The translations under genes and the position numbers were made by a program. Under the pieces are notes generated by a model. It had not been told where the DNA came from. It saw only the letters and a program-made list of their open reading frames with translations, and made no database searches. From the NCBI GenBank assembly GCA_963813155.1, contig CAWEYG010000005.1, positions 32,001 through 96,000 on the forward strand: a DNA stretch of 64,000 nucleotides. The letters are read 5' to 3'. This document shows positions 17,970 to 27,796 of the stretch, one piece after another. Source of the DNA: an uncultured Acidobacteriota bacterium (lineage in GTDB: Bacteria > Acidobacteriota > Thermoanaerobaculia > UBA5066 > DATFVB01). How positions within the stretch are numbered: position 1 is the stretch's first letter; every line of letters begins with the position of its first letter.

Positions 17970-20465
17970 CTATTTTACGACGACTTTCGCGTCCCGCGGC
18001 GGGCTGATCGTCTTTTTATGGTCGCAGGCGGGGTTGTCGCAGAACAGGAAGGTCCCCTCCCGCTTCAACGTCTTCTCGAGGAGGTACGGCCGGCCGCACT
18101 TCGGGCATGCCTGCGGCAGGGGCTTGTAGCGGAACGAGAAATCGCACTTCGGATAGTTCGCGCACGGATAGAAGAAACCGAAACGCCCGCGCCGCTCGAC
18201 GATCTTTCCGCCGTCTTTCGGGCACACCACTCCCGTCTCGACGAGGGGCTTCGGCGGCCGGTACTTGCACTTCGGATAGTTCGCGCAGGCGACGAACTCG
18301 CCGAACCGGCCCCTCTTCTTGACGAGATCGCCGCCGCAATCGGGGCATTTCTCCCCCGTCGGCTGCGGTTCGGAAGCGGCGCGGCTCGCGGCCATCGCGA
18401 TCGGCATCGTGTTGCGGCATTTCGGATAGGCCGAGCAGCCGAGGAACGGGCGCTCCCCCGCCTGCCGCAGCTTCATCGGCGAGCCGCACTCTTCGCAGAT
18501 CTGGTTCTCGTATTCGGTCAGGTCCGGCGCATCCTCCTCGGTCTCGGGAACGTCGTACGTGAAATCGCAGTTCGGGTACCCGGAGCAGGCGATGAAGAGG
18601 CCGTTTTTTCCCATTCGGAGCTTCAGTGCTTTCGCGTCCTTCGGACAGGTGTCGGCGATCTCCGGAACGAGCGCGAAGCCGAAGGTCTTGCGGGCGTCCT
18701 TCAGCAGGATGCCCGCCTTCTGGGAGACCATCTGTTTCAGGGCCCGGTCGCGGTCTTTCACGAATTTCTTGTCGAAGTCCGCGAGCGCCTTCGTCCATTT
18801 GATGTTGCCCGCCTCGACCTCGTCGAGCTCCTCCTCCAGACGGGCCGTGTAGCCGGTCTCGAAGAAGTCGTCGAAATACGGAATCAGCATCTCGATCACG
18901 ACGCGGCCGAGCGCGGTCGGATAGAAACGCTTCTCTCTCTTCCTCACGTACTCGCGATCCTCGATCTTTCGCATGATCTCGGCGTACGTGGACGGGCGCC
19001 CGATGCCGTTCTCCTCCATGTACTTCACGAGCGAGGCCTCGTTGAACCGGGGCGGCGGCTGAGTGAAGTGCTGTTCCGGCGTCAGCGAAACGAGGCGAAC
19101 CTCGTCTCCTTCCGCAAGCGGCGGGATGGCGGAGCCGGCTTCTTTCTCGTCGTCGTCTTCTTCGACGACTCCGTAGGCCGCGAGGTACCCCGGAAATTTC
19201 AGGGTCGACCCGGTCGCGCGATAGAGCGACCGGCCCGTCTCGATTTCCGCGGCGACGGTCTCCGAAATGGACGGGTTCATCTGCGACGCGACGAACCTCT
19301 CCCAGATCAACCGGTAGAGCTTCGCTTCCTCGGAGGTGAGCGCGCTCGCGACCGCTTCCGGCGGCAGGTCGAGCATCGTGGGTCGGATCGCCTCGTGCGC
19401 CTCCTGGGCGTTGGCCCGCGCGCGGAAGAACCTCGGCGTTTCCGGAAGGTAATCGGCCCCGTACTTCTCCCCGATCAACGTTCGGACCCCGGAGAGCGCG
19501 TCGTCGGAAACTCGCGTCGAGTCGGTTCGCATGTACGTGATCAAGCCGACCGTGCCGCGGCCCGCGATTTCTTTTCCCTCGTAGAGCCGCTGGGCGAGCT
19601 GCATCGTTCGGCGCACCGTGAAGCCGAGTCTCCGGGAGGCCGCCTGCTGCAGCTGCGACGTGATGAACGGGGGCGGCGACGACTTCTTTCGCTCCGATTT
19701 CTCGACTTTGCGGACGATCCACCGCCCCTTCTCGGCCTCGAGGCGGATCTCCTGAGCCCTCGCCTCGTTGGCGACTTTCGGATCAGTTCCGTCGAACTTG
19801 AGTTTTTCCCCGTCGAAAGCGAACAGCCGGCCCGTGAATTCGGGCGGCGGCGGGGAACCGGCGGCCGCGAGGCGGGCGTCCACCGACCAGTATTCGACGG
19901 GAACGAACGCTTCAATCTCCTTTTCGCGGTCGCAGATGATCCGCAGCGTCACGGTCTGGACGCGTCCCGCCGAGAGCCCGCGCCAGATCTTCTTCCAGAG
20001 GAGATCGGAGACTTCGTACCCGACGAGCCGATCGATGATCCGGCGCGCCTGCTGGGCTCCGACGCGGTTCTCGTCGATCGACCCCGCGTTCTCGACGGCG
20101 GCCTGAACCGCCTTCTTCGTGATCTCGTTGAAGCGCGCCCGCTTGAACTCCACCTTGGAGTTCCCGACCTTCAGTTCCTGGAGGAGATGCCAGGAGATGG
20201 CCTCCCCCTCACGATCGGGGTCGGCCGCGAGGTAGACGCGCTGGACGCCCTTCGTCGCCTTGCGAAGTTCCGCGAGCGTCTTCTCTTTTCCCTTGAGGAC
20301 TTCGTAGGTCGGCTTGTACCCGTTCTCGCGGTCGACGCCGAGCCCCTTGCGCGGCAGGTCGCGCACATGTCCAAATGAAGCGAGAACCTTGAAGTCTTTG
20401 CCGAGAAATTTTTCAAGAGTCTTCGCTTTGGAGGGCGATTCGACGATCACGAGCGATTTAGCCAA
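17970..20465 (-). CDS. topA: DNA topoisomerase I with five C-terminal zinc-ribbon repeats
   Basis: LVIVESPSKAK, DPDREGEAI, SAGRVQ, ITYMRTDS, AQEAHEAIRP, GIGRPSTY. Confidence 0.97.
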   Translation of the reverse strand: MAKSLVIVESPSKAKTLEKFLGKDFKVLASFGHVRDLPRKGLGVDRENGYKPTYEVLKGKEKTLAELRKATKGVQRVYLAADPDREGEAISWHLLQELKVGNSKVEFKRARFNEITKKAVQAAVENAGSIDENRVGAQQARRIIDRLVGYEVSDLLWKKIWRGLSAGRVQTVTLRIICDREKEIEAFVPVEYWSVDARLAAAGSPPPPEFTGRLFAFDGEKLKFDGTDPKVANEARAQEIRLEAEKGRWIVRKVEKSERKKSSPPPFITSQLQQAASRRLGFTVRRTMQLAQRLYEGKEIAGRGTVGLITYMRTDSTRVSDDALSGVRTLIGEKYGADYLPETPRFFRARANAQEAHEAIRPTMLDLPPEAVASALTSEEAKLYRLIWERFVASQMNPSISETVAAEIETGRSLYRATGSTLKFPGYLAAYGVVEEDDDEKEAGSAIPPLAEGDEVRLVSLTPEQHFTQPPPRFNEASLVKYMEENGIGRPSTYAEIMRKIEDREYVRKREKRFYPTALGRVVIEMLIPYFDDFFETGYTARLEEELDEVEAGNIKWTKALADFDKKFVKDRDRALKQMVSQKAGILLKDARKTFGFALVPEIADTCPKDAKALKLRMGKNGLFIACSGYPNCDFTYDVPETEEDAPDLTEYENQICEECGSPMKLRQAGERPFLGCSAYPKCRNTMPIAMAASRAASEPQPTGEKCPDCGGDLVKKRGRFGEFVACANYPKCKYRPPKPLVETGVVCPKDGGKIVERRGRFGFFYPCANYPKCDFSFRYKPLPQACPKCGRPYLLEKTLKREGTFLFCDNPACDHKKTISPPRDAKVVVK

Positions 20466-20509
20466 GAACGTGTCCTTCCCTATTGCAAGGGCGCATCATA
20501 CGGCGTCTG

Positions 20510-21610
20510 TCAAGTCCGCCCCTCCCGGACCGCGACGTAGAGGCCGCCGGGAAGGGTGCGCAGGAACCCGCGAGCTTCGAGGTCGAAAAGGACCGCGAGG
20601 AGGTTGGCGACCGGCAGGTTGTTGATCTCCGCGAGATCGTCGGCGGACCAGGCCTCCTCGCCGGCCATCGACTTCCAGACCTGCGCGGCATCGCCGGAAA
20701 GCGACTCGGGAACGTTGCGCGGAACCACGGTCCCCCCGAGCGAGGGAAAGATCTCCGAGAGGACGTCTTCCGCGCCCCGGCACAGGATGGCGCCGTCGCG
20801 CAGGAGCTCGTGGCAGCCGTCGGAGAGCTCGGACCGGACGGAGCCGGGCACCGCAAAGACGTCGCGGCCAAAATCGTTCGCGAACTTCGCGGTGATGAGG
20901 GAACCGCTCCGGCGCGCGGCTTCGACGACCACGACTCCACTCGACATTCCCGCGATGATCCGGTTGCGGACCGGAAAGTTCCGCTGTTCGGGCTCGGTGC
21001 CCGGAGGGAATTCCGTCAACACGAGACCCTCCGCGCGGATCCGCTCCCACAGCGTCCGGTTTTCCTCCGGATACGGGACCTCCGGCCCGCAGCCGAGCAC
21101 GGCGACGGTGCCTCCCGGTCCTCCGAGCGCGGCCTGGTGCGAGGCCGCGTCGACCCCCCGCGCCATTCCCGAAACGACGCACACTCCCGCCGAGGAAAGG
21201 TCCTGGGCGAGGCGCGCGCACACTTCTTTCCCGTAGTTCGTCGCCGCCCTAGCGCCGACGATTCCCACCGCGGGGAGCGAGAGCTTTCCGAGGTCTCCGC
21301 GCGCGTACAGGAGCAGCGGCGCATCGGGAATCTCGCGCAACAGTCGGGGATAGGGACCTTCGAACGGAGTGAGGAGCGTCGCGCCCGCTTTGCGCGCCGC
21401 CGCGAGGTCGTCGGACACGTCGACGTCGAACGGCCGCGTGAGCTCGCGACATGTCCTCTCGGAAGGAAGGATGTCGCCAAAGAGGGACGGGTCGGCGCCC
21501 GGAAGCTTCGTCCAATCGCCCGCGCGCGCGCTCGCTCTCCAGAATCGCCGCGGCGAAAGCCCCGGAATCTTTCGCCACGCGAGCGCCGCACGAACGGCCT
21601 CATTCGTCAT
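20510..21610 (-). CDS. dprA: DNA-processing protein DprA
   Basis: VGIVGAR, VVSGMARGVDAASH, NFPVRNRIIAG, VVVEAARRSGSLITA, GRDVFAVPG; adjacent to topA. Confidence 0.95.
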   Translation of the reverse strand: MTNEAVRAALAWRKIPGLSPRRFWRASARAGDWTKLPGADPSLFGDILPSERTCRELTRPFDVDVSDDLAAARKAGATLLTPFEGPYPRLLREIPDAPLLLYARGDLGKLSLPAVGIVGARAATNYGKEVCARLAQDLSSAGVCVVSGMARGVDAASHQAALGGPGGTVAVLGCGPEVPYPEENRTLWERIRAEGLVLTEFPPGTEPEQRNFPVRNRIIAGMSSGVVVVEAARRSGSLITAKFANDFGRDVFAVPGSVRSELSDGCHELLRDGAILCRGAEDVLSEIFPSLGGTVVPRNVPESLSGDAAQVWKSMAGEEAWSADDLAEINNLPVANLLAVLFDLEARGFLRTLPGGLYVAVREGRT

Positions 21611-21704
21611 CGGAACATCCTAAAATTTTCCATTCGCCAGTGAGAACGCGCTTAGAATACACCGACCGTCACGGGAGTGGCACGGGAGTGGCAGAAGAAG
21701 AAAC

Positions 21705-22085
21705 TTGATGCGATCGAGACATTGGATCGGCGTGCTCGGCGCCGCGCTCTGGGTGGCCTCGTGTGGATGCGCCACTCAAACGACGCCGCAAAAGGCCTCC
21801 CAGCAGCTCCGCTTCGGCGCGAAAGTCGCCCGCCTCGGGTACTGGCAGGAAGCGCGCTTCCGGTTCGAGCACGCGGTCGCGCTCGATCCCGGAAACGCGC
21901 GGGCGCACAACGACCTGGCCGTCGCGCTCGAGGCGGTCGGCGAATTCGGCGCCGCCTTCGAGGAGTACAAGAAAGCCGTTTCCCTCGCGGGCAGCGACAC
22001 CTCCATCCGGCAGAACTACACGAAATTCGCGGAGTTCTATTCCGCCTACACGAAGCGCGTGGGGAAGGTGAGCCCTGCTCCGTAG
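21705..22085 (+). CDS. TPR-containing putative lipoprotein
   Basis: Signal peptide with Cys (VASCGC); TPR pattern WQEARFRFEHAVALDPGNARAHNDLAVALE..AFEEYKKA. Confidence 0.8.
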   Translation: MMRSRHWIGVLGAALWVASCGCATQTTPQKASQQLRFGAKVARLGYWQEARFRFEHAVALDPGNARAHNDLAVALEAVGEFGAAFEEYKKAVSLAGSDTSIRQNYTKFAEFYSAYTKRVGKVSPAP

Positions 22086-22773
22086 AGCGGCCGCGATCCT
22101 CTTTCCGCTCGTCCTGCTCGCGGCGGGATGCTCGGGAGTGGTGCGCCTCAAGATGAAGCTTCCCATGAGGCCCCGCCTGCCCCTCAAGGGCAACGAGCGG
22201 GTCGCCATCGCCCCGTTTCTCCTCGTGACGCAGGCCGACAAGCCGAAGGACCAGGCCGACCTCGCGAAGGTCGACGTCCAGGCGGAGTTTCACCGCTACC
22301 TCGTGTCGAGACTTCAGAAGAAGACCAAGCTGCAGACGATCGACCTCGGGGAGACGGTCAAGCTGCCGACCCGGAATCTGATCGAGCTCTCGAGGAGCGC
22401 CGATTTCTGGCGAGGCGTCGGCCAGAAGGAAAACGCCGACGTCATCGTCTCGGGATCGCTGGAGTTCAAGATCGAGGACAGCGCCGGCTACAAGACCGAA
22501 GAATACGTGTCGCCGATCAACGGACAGACGTACTACCGCCAGATCTACGTCGAGCGGACGGGCTACCTGTTCGACATCGTGTTCCTCGTTCTCGACGGGA
22601 AGACCGGCGAGAAGATCCTGCAGGACGAGTTCAAGGACTTCCGCGAAAGAAACCGGCGCCGCACCGACGAGCTGCTCGGTCTTTTCGGAAACCTCTTTTC
22701 GCTCGAAGACCAGATCCTGAACATGTTCGTTCCGCGGGAGAGATCCGTGGAGCGGTACGTTTTCACGCGGTGA
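22075..22773 (+). CDS. Putative lipoprotein (possibly CsgG/TolB-N-like fold), probable CTG start
   Basis: Frame upstream of 22138 reads (L)LRRAAAILFPLVLLAAG|C lipobox, closed by TGA at 22069; ADVIVSGSL motif. Confidence 0.7.
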   Translation: MLRRAAAILFPLVLLAAGCSGVVRLKMKLPMRPRLPLKGNERVAIAPFLLVTQADKPKDQADLAKVDVQAEFHRYLVSRLQKKTKLQTIDLGETVKLPTRNLIELSRSADFWRGVGQKENADVIVSGSLEFKIEDSAGYKTEEYVSPINGQTYYRQIYVERTGYLFDIVFLVLDGKTGEKILQDEFKDFRERNRRRTDELLGLFGNLFSLEDQILNMFVPRERSVERYVFTR

Positions 22774-22777
22774 GGCC

Positions 22778-25700
22778 ATGAAGAAAATCTTCGTTCGCGT
22801 CGCATTCGTGATGGTGCTGCTCGCGGCCACGGCCGCGCCGGCGCTCGCCCAGTTCGGCCAGAACAAGATCGCCTACGATCGTTTCGACTGGTCGATCTAC
22901 CGCTCCACGCACTTCCAGATCTACTATTACCCGAAGGAGAAAGACTCGCTCCAGAAGGTCGCGTCGTTCGCGGAGAGCGCGTACGACGAGCTCTCCCGCA
23001 CGCTCAATTACCAGATCCCGCACCCGATTCCCGTCATCATCTACGCGACGCACGCGGAGTTCGAGCAGACCAACACGGACCTGAACTTCATCCCGGAAGG
23101 AACGGGAGCTTTCGCGCTGCCGACCCGCGACCGGATCGTCACTCCGATCGACCTTCCCGACGATCTCCTGCAGGAAGTCATCCAGCACGAGTGCACGCAC
23201 ATCTTCCAGTTCGAGCTGCTCTTCCAGGGCAACTTCATCAAGGCGTACACGTCCTCCCCGCCGCAGTGGTTCATGGAAGGCATGGCCTCCTATTTCGGGC
23301 ACGACGAGGACAACTACTCGCGCATGTACATTCGCGACGCCGTGCTGACCGACATCGTTCCGGAGGTCGCGAAGCGCGGCAACCAGCTCTACGGCTACTT
23401 CGCTTACCGGTTCGGCCACGCCGTGTTCGACTTCATCGAGGCCGAATGGGGCAAGGACGCCGTCCGGGAGTTCGTGTACGAGTTCCGCACGAACCTCGGA
23501 GGAGGCGTCGAAAAGGTGATCAAGCGGGCCTTCGACCTCAGCGCGGAGGATTTCGACATCAAGTTCCGGCGCTATCTCCGCCAGCGGTACCTTCCCATCC
23601 TGACGAGCAAGGGAGAACCGGTCGACTTCGGGGAGCGCTACCACGCCCGGAAGGAGGACGACGGCCAGTCGTGGGAGACCTCGCCGGTGCCGTTTCCGTC
23701 CGGCGATTTTCTCGGCGCGGTCTCCACGTACGACGAGAACGCCGACGTCGTCGTCTTCTCCTCGCGCGACCGCCGGCTGTTCCGCAACCTCACGAAGGGA
23801 TACACGACGAAGTACGAATACCTCGTCGCCCAGTTCGTGACGATCTCGGCGACCGAGCCGGGCCGGGCCATCGGCGTCTCGCCCGACGGCAACCACATGG
23901 TCGCGTTCGTCCGGCGCGAGCGCGGCCGAAACATCGGAATCTTCAACGTCCTCACGAAGAAACTCGAACGGGAGATCCCGATCTCGGTCGACCAGGAGCT
24001 GTCGCCGTCCTATTCGCCGGACGGGCAGTCGATCGTCTTCTCCGCCGTCGACAAGGGGAGCTCGAACATCTTCGTCTACCACCTCGACACCGGGAAGATG
24101 GACAACGCGACCCAGGACGACGCCTGGGACGTGGCTCCGACTTTCTCTCCCGACGGAAAATGGATCTACTACTCCTCGAAACGCCAGGATTACAACAAGA
24201 TCTTTCGCGTCGACGCTTCGAACCCGTCCGTTCGGGAACAGGTCACGTTCGGCGATTTCAACGACGTCGACTCTTCGCTCTCCGCCGACGGATCGCGGCT
24301 CTACTTCTCGTCGGACCGGGACGGCGGCGTTTACAACATCTTTTCGCTCGACTTGAACACCGGCGAAACGTGGCAGCACACCAACGTCGTGGGCGGAGCG
24401 TTCACGCCGAGCGTCTTCCCGGGCAAGGACGGCATCGAGAAGCTCGTCTTCTGCGCCTACTACAAGCTGCGCTTTTCCCTCTACCTCGCCGACGCGAAGA
24501 AGCCGATCAAGAAGCTCGCCGCGCTCACGCCGCCGCCGGCCCCCGTGGGCGCGCAGCCGGCTCCCCGCTACACGGCCGCGATCGAAGTCGCGATCGATCC
24601 GGACAAGATCCAGCAGAAGCCGTCCCACAAGCTCTACATCGACAGCGCGAACGTCGCCGCGGGCGTCAACTCCGACAGCACGCTGTTTTCCGATTCGTCG
24701 CTGCTCTTCTCCGACAATCTCGGCGACCGGCTGTTCGTCGCGAGCCTTCAGTCGATTTCCACCTACACCGACTTCAATTTCACCTACCTCAACCTGAAAA
24801 ATCGGCTGCGGCTGGGAGGATCGATCTTCGACACGCGGGAGTATTTCATCGGCACCTCCCTCAACGTGAGCACGGGCTTCTTCAGCCGCGGACAGCGGTT
24901 CCTGCGGGAAACGGGCGCGACCCTGAACGGGTCGTATCCCCTGGACCGATACCATCGGCTCGACGGGTCGATCGGGTTCATTTCCCGGTCGCTCGACCAG
25001 CCGTTCTTCGTCACGAACGCGGACGGCTCGCAGGCCGTCCTCTTCGGAAGCCGCCGCGACAACGATCCCACGGGGAGCATTTCGTTCACGGGAGACAAGA
25101 CGCTTTACACCCAGATCGGCCCGCTCGCGGGGCGGCGCTACACGGTCACGTATTCCTACACGCCGGACCTGAAGCACGGCGACGAGAACGTCGGCACCGA
25201 CGCCAGCGGAAATCCGATCGTCTCGAAGCACGGAGGAACGCTCGCGCAGTCGTTGTCGATCGACATTCGCCAGTACGTCCGGGTGTTCAAGCGCTCGACG
25301 CTCGCGTTCCGGCTCTACGGCGCGCGGTCGACCGGAAATTTCCCCGACATCTTCTCTTTCGGCGGATACGACACACTGCGCGCCTACGACTTCCGGTCCG
25401 AGATCGGCAACGAGCTCGCGTTCGGCAACGTCGAATATCGCTTTCCCCTGATCGACCAGATCAGCCTCTTCGGCGGATTCGTTCTGTCGAACATCCGGGG
25501 CCGGCTCTTCGTCGACGTCGGAGCGTCCAATTTCAGCTACTCGGGACAGACGTTTCGCTTCTGGAACGGTTCGAACCACGACCGCGAGATCACCGCGGTC
25601 ATCAACGGGGTTCCGACGACCGGGAATTACCGCCCCTACGAGCTCGTCAACGGGCTCGCCGACTACGGCTACGGCATCTCGATCAACCTGCTGGGCGTCG

Positions 25701-25789
25701 AACTCCACTGGGACTTCGCGAAAAAGTGGGATTTGAGGACGTCTCTCTCGAGCTTCCGAACGGCCTTCTACATCGGCACGATTTTCTGA
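22778..25789 (+). CDS. Omp85-superfamily outer-membrane protein with N-terminal zinc peptidase (MA clan) and PD40 beta-propeller
   Basis: Signal peptide (ALA|QFGQNK); HECTH plus WFMEGMASY; SPDG repeats; GGYDTLRAYD, NVEYRFP, LFVDVG; C-terminal Phe. Confidence 0.85.
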   Translation: MKKIFVRVAFVMVLLAATAAPALAQFGQNKIAYDRFDWSIYRSTHFQIYYYPKEKDSLQKVASFAESAYDELSRTLNYQIPHPIPVIIYATHAEFEQTNTDLNFIPEGTGAFALPTRDRIVTPIDLPDDLLQEVIQHECTHIFQFELLFQGNFIKAYTSSPPQWFMEGMASYFGHDEDNYSRMYIRDAVLTDIVPEVAKRGNQLYGYFAYRFGHAVFDFIEAEWGKDAVREFVYEFRTNLGGGVEKVIKRAFDLSAEDFDIKFRRYLRQRYLPILTSKGEPVDFGERYHARKEDDGQSWETSPVPFPSGDFLGAVSTYDENADVVVFSSRDRRLFRNLTKGYTTKYEYLVAQFVTISATEPGRAIGVSPDGNHMVAFVRRERGRNIGIFNVLTKKLEREIPISVDQELSPSYSPDGQSIVFSAVDKGSSNIFVYHLDTGKMDNATQDDAWDVAPTFSPDGKWIYYSSKRQDYNKIFRVDASNPSVREQVTFGDFNDVDSSLSADGSRLYFSSDRDGGVYNIFSLDLNTGETWQHTNVVGGAFTPSVFPGKDGIEKLVFCAYYKLRFSLYLADAKKPIKKLAALTPPPAPVGAQPAPRYTAAIEVAIDPDKIQQKPSHKLYIDSANVAAGVNSDSTLFSDSSLLFSDNLGDRLFVASLQSISTYTDFNFTYLNLKNRLRLGGSIFDTREYFIGTSLNVSTGFFSRGQRFLRETGATLNGSYPLDRYHRLDGSIGFISRSLDQPFFVTNADGSQAVLFGSRRDNDPTGSISFTGDKTLYTQIGPLAGRRYTVTYSYTPDLKHGDENVGTDASGNPIVSKHGGTLAQSLSIDIRQYVRVFKRSTLAFRLYGARSTGNFPDIFSFGGYDTLRAYDFRSEIGNELAFGNVEYRFPLIDQISLFGGFVLSNIRGRLFVDVGASNFSYSGQTFRFWNGSNHDREITAVINGVPTTGNYRPYELVNGLADYGYGISINLLGVELHWDFAKKWDLRTSLSSFRTAFYIGTIF

Positions 25790-25810
25790 ACCGCGGTACA
25801 ATTTCGCCGC

Positions 25811-26599
25811 TTGATCCGCCCGTCCCGCACGAAGAAGTCTCTCCGGGTGCGTGTGCTGGGCCCCTATGGGGGCTCAGCTCCCGACTGCCGGATGACGACG
25901 TTTCTCCTCAACGAGACCTCGTCGCTGGACGCCGGCGCTCTCACGTCGATGCTCACGCTCGAGGAACAGCGGCGTGTCGACCGGGTCGTGATCACCCACT
26001 CGCACTTCGACCACGTCGCGACGCTCCCCTTCCTGCTCGAGAACGTCTTCGGGCGCCGCAAGCCGATCGAGATCGTCGCGCCCCGGACGGTTCTTTCGCC
26101 TCTCCGGAAACACCTCTTCAACGGATCGCTCTGGCCCGACTTTTCGAAGCTCCCCTCGCGCCGTAACGCCACGGTGAGGTTCTGCCCCGTCGCCCCGGGG
26201 AGCGTCTACCGCGCTCCGGATCTCTCGTTTCAGCCGATCCCCGTCCATCACATCGTTCCCACCTACGGCTATCTCGTGCGCGGGAAGGCCGGGTCGATCC
26301 TCTTCTCGGGAGACACCGGCCCGACCCGGCGGCTCTGGGAGGCGGCGAATCGCGCCGACGACCTGAAGGCGATTTTCCTGGAGGTCTCCTTCTCGAACTC
26401 TCAATCGAAGATTGCGGCCGCGTCGCGGCACCTGACGCCGCGCCAGATTCCGGCCGAGCTCGCGAAGACGCGCTGGACCGTGCCCGTCTTCCTGTACCAC
26501 ATGAAACCGCCATCGCTGACGGAGATCGAGCGGGAAGTCCGGAAGCTCAAGATGCCGCGGCTTCACTTCCTCAGCCAGGGCGATATTCTCGAGTTCTGA
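25811..26599 (+). CDS. Class II-like cyclic-nucleotide phosphodiesterase (MBL fold)
   Basis: VRVLGPYGG, DAGAL, THSHFDHV, FNGSLWPDF, FSGDTGPT, HLTP, YHMKP. Confidence 0.8.
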   Translation: MIRPSRTKKSLRVRVLGPYGGSAPDCRMTTFLLNETSSLDAGALTSMLTLEEQRRVDRVVITHSHFDHVATLPFLLENVFGRRKPIEIVAPRTVLSPLRKHLFNGSLWPDFSKLPSRRNATVRFCPVAPGSVYRAPDLSFQPIPVHHIVPTYGYLVRGKAGSILFSGDTGPTRRLWEAANRADDLKAIFLEVSFSNSQSKIAAASRHLTPRQIPAELAKTRWTVPVFLYHMKPPSLTEIEREVRKLKMPRLHFLSQGDILEF

Positions 26600-26606
26600 G
26601 TCTTCT

Positions 26607-27786
26607 TCAGAGCCGCGAGAGCGCGGCGAGATCCATGGCGAGAATGGCGGCGATCCGGCTTCGGCCGAGATCGGATTTCAGAAACTCCTCTCGCGCGTCG
26701 GGAAGCTCCGCGAAGCGAACGAGCCGCGACCCGAGCTCCGTTGTCTCGAGCTGGAACCCCGTGCGGCGCAGGCCGAATTCGCGATCGATCGTCAGGGTCT
26801 TCCGATCCGGCTCGTACCGCACGGACTCGAGCGCCGGCTCTCCCTGGCTCGGGACGATCCGGGCCTCGAAGGCGAATTCTCCCGTCGGGCGCACATCGAC
26901 ACTTCCGAGCCCTTCCGCGAATCGCCGGTAGCCCGCCGGGTCGGCGACCGCGCTCAGAAGCTCCTGCGAGTCCTCGCCCTCCCGAAAAACCTCGATTCGC
27001 GCCGTCTGGAGCGAGGGATCGGGATCGCCGGTGAGCTGGAGGGCCCGTTCGAGAAGCCCGCGATCCATCTCGAAAATCTCCGACAGCTTCGCGCCGCGTT
27101 CGCCCCGGAGCGGAATGCGCGTCCGCGAGCCTTCGTCGAGGATCTGCACTTCGCCCTGGTGAAACCGCACGATCCTTGCCCCCGCACGTCCGCCGGACGA
27201 TCACGCCGGAGAGGAACATCGACGTCCGGACGAACGTGCGGCGCCACGCCTCTTCGAATTCCGACTCCGGCGCCCGTCCGAGCTCGAATCGGATCGACCT
27301 TCCCTGCTCCGGACCGCCGGCGAAATCGAGGACCGCCGCGTCGGTTCCGGGTGTCATCCGCAGGAGGCCCAGCGGCGTCTCGTATTCCGCGGCGTCGAAG
27401 GGGAGAATCTCCGGCAGGGGATATCCGACGTCGACGAGCCATTCGCGGCCCTCGACCGGAACGACGAGCGCGGCGTGGCTGCGGGGATAACGGATCTCCG
27501 CCATCACGCGGCGGGAGGGAAAACCGAGCCCGCTGATCAGCGCGTCGAACGCCGCGACGCGGGCGAAACACGTTCCGCCCGACCCGCGCTCGAGGTATTC
27601 GTTCCAGAACAGCTCGGGCCTCCGCGGCTTTGCCGCCGGATCGTCGACGTCGCGGTCACGGAGGATCTTCGACGCCGACTCGAACGGAATTTTCTCGTTG
27701 AAGGAGCGAAACAGCTCGCGGAGATACGGCAGCGAGGGCGGCCGGACCGGCAGCTCCAGCGCCTCGAGCCATTCCTCGCCGCTCAT
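26607..27786 (-). CDS. Arylamine N-acetyltransferase-like protein with C-terminal extension (apparent frameshift near 27180)
   Basis: IPFES, RGSGGTCF (Cys), SHAALVV (His), WLVDVGY (Asp); reading continues in ORF 26607..27170 after a G-run. Confidence 0.7.
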
Positions 27787-27796
27787 CGTCCGCGGT

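Noticed and set aside
18000-18660. Repeated sequence GCACTTCGGATAGTTCGCGCA as CRISPR or mobile repeat
   Set aside because: It encodes the repeated CANYPKC zinc-ribbon motif of TopA
22763-25801. Long antisense ORFs (also 15920..17437, 18018..20378, 31110..34607, 34502..37216, 44681..47602, 51184..52905)
   Set aside because: They mirror well-conserved genes on the opposite strand, a typical codon-bias artefact, and show no motifs
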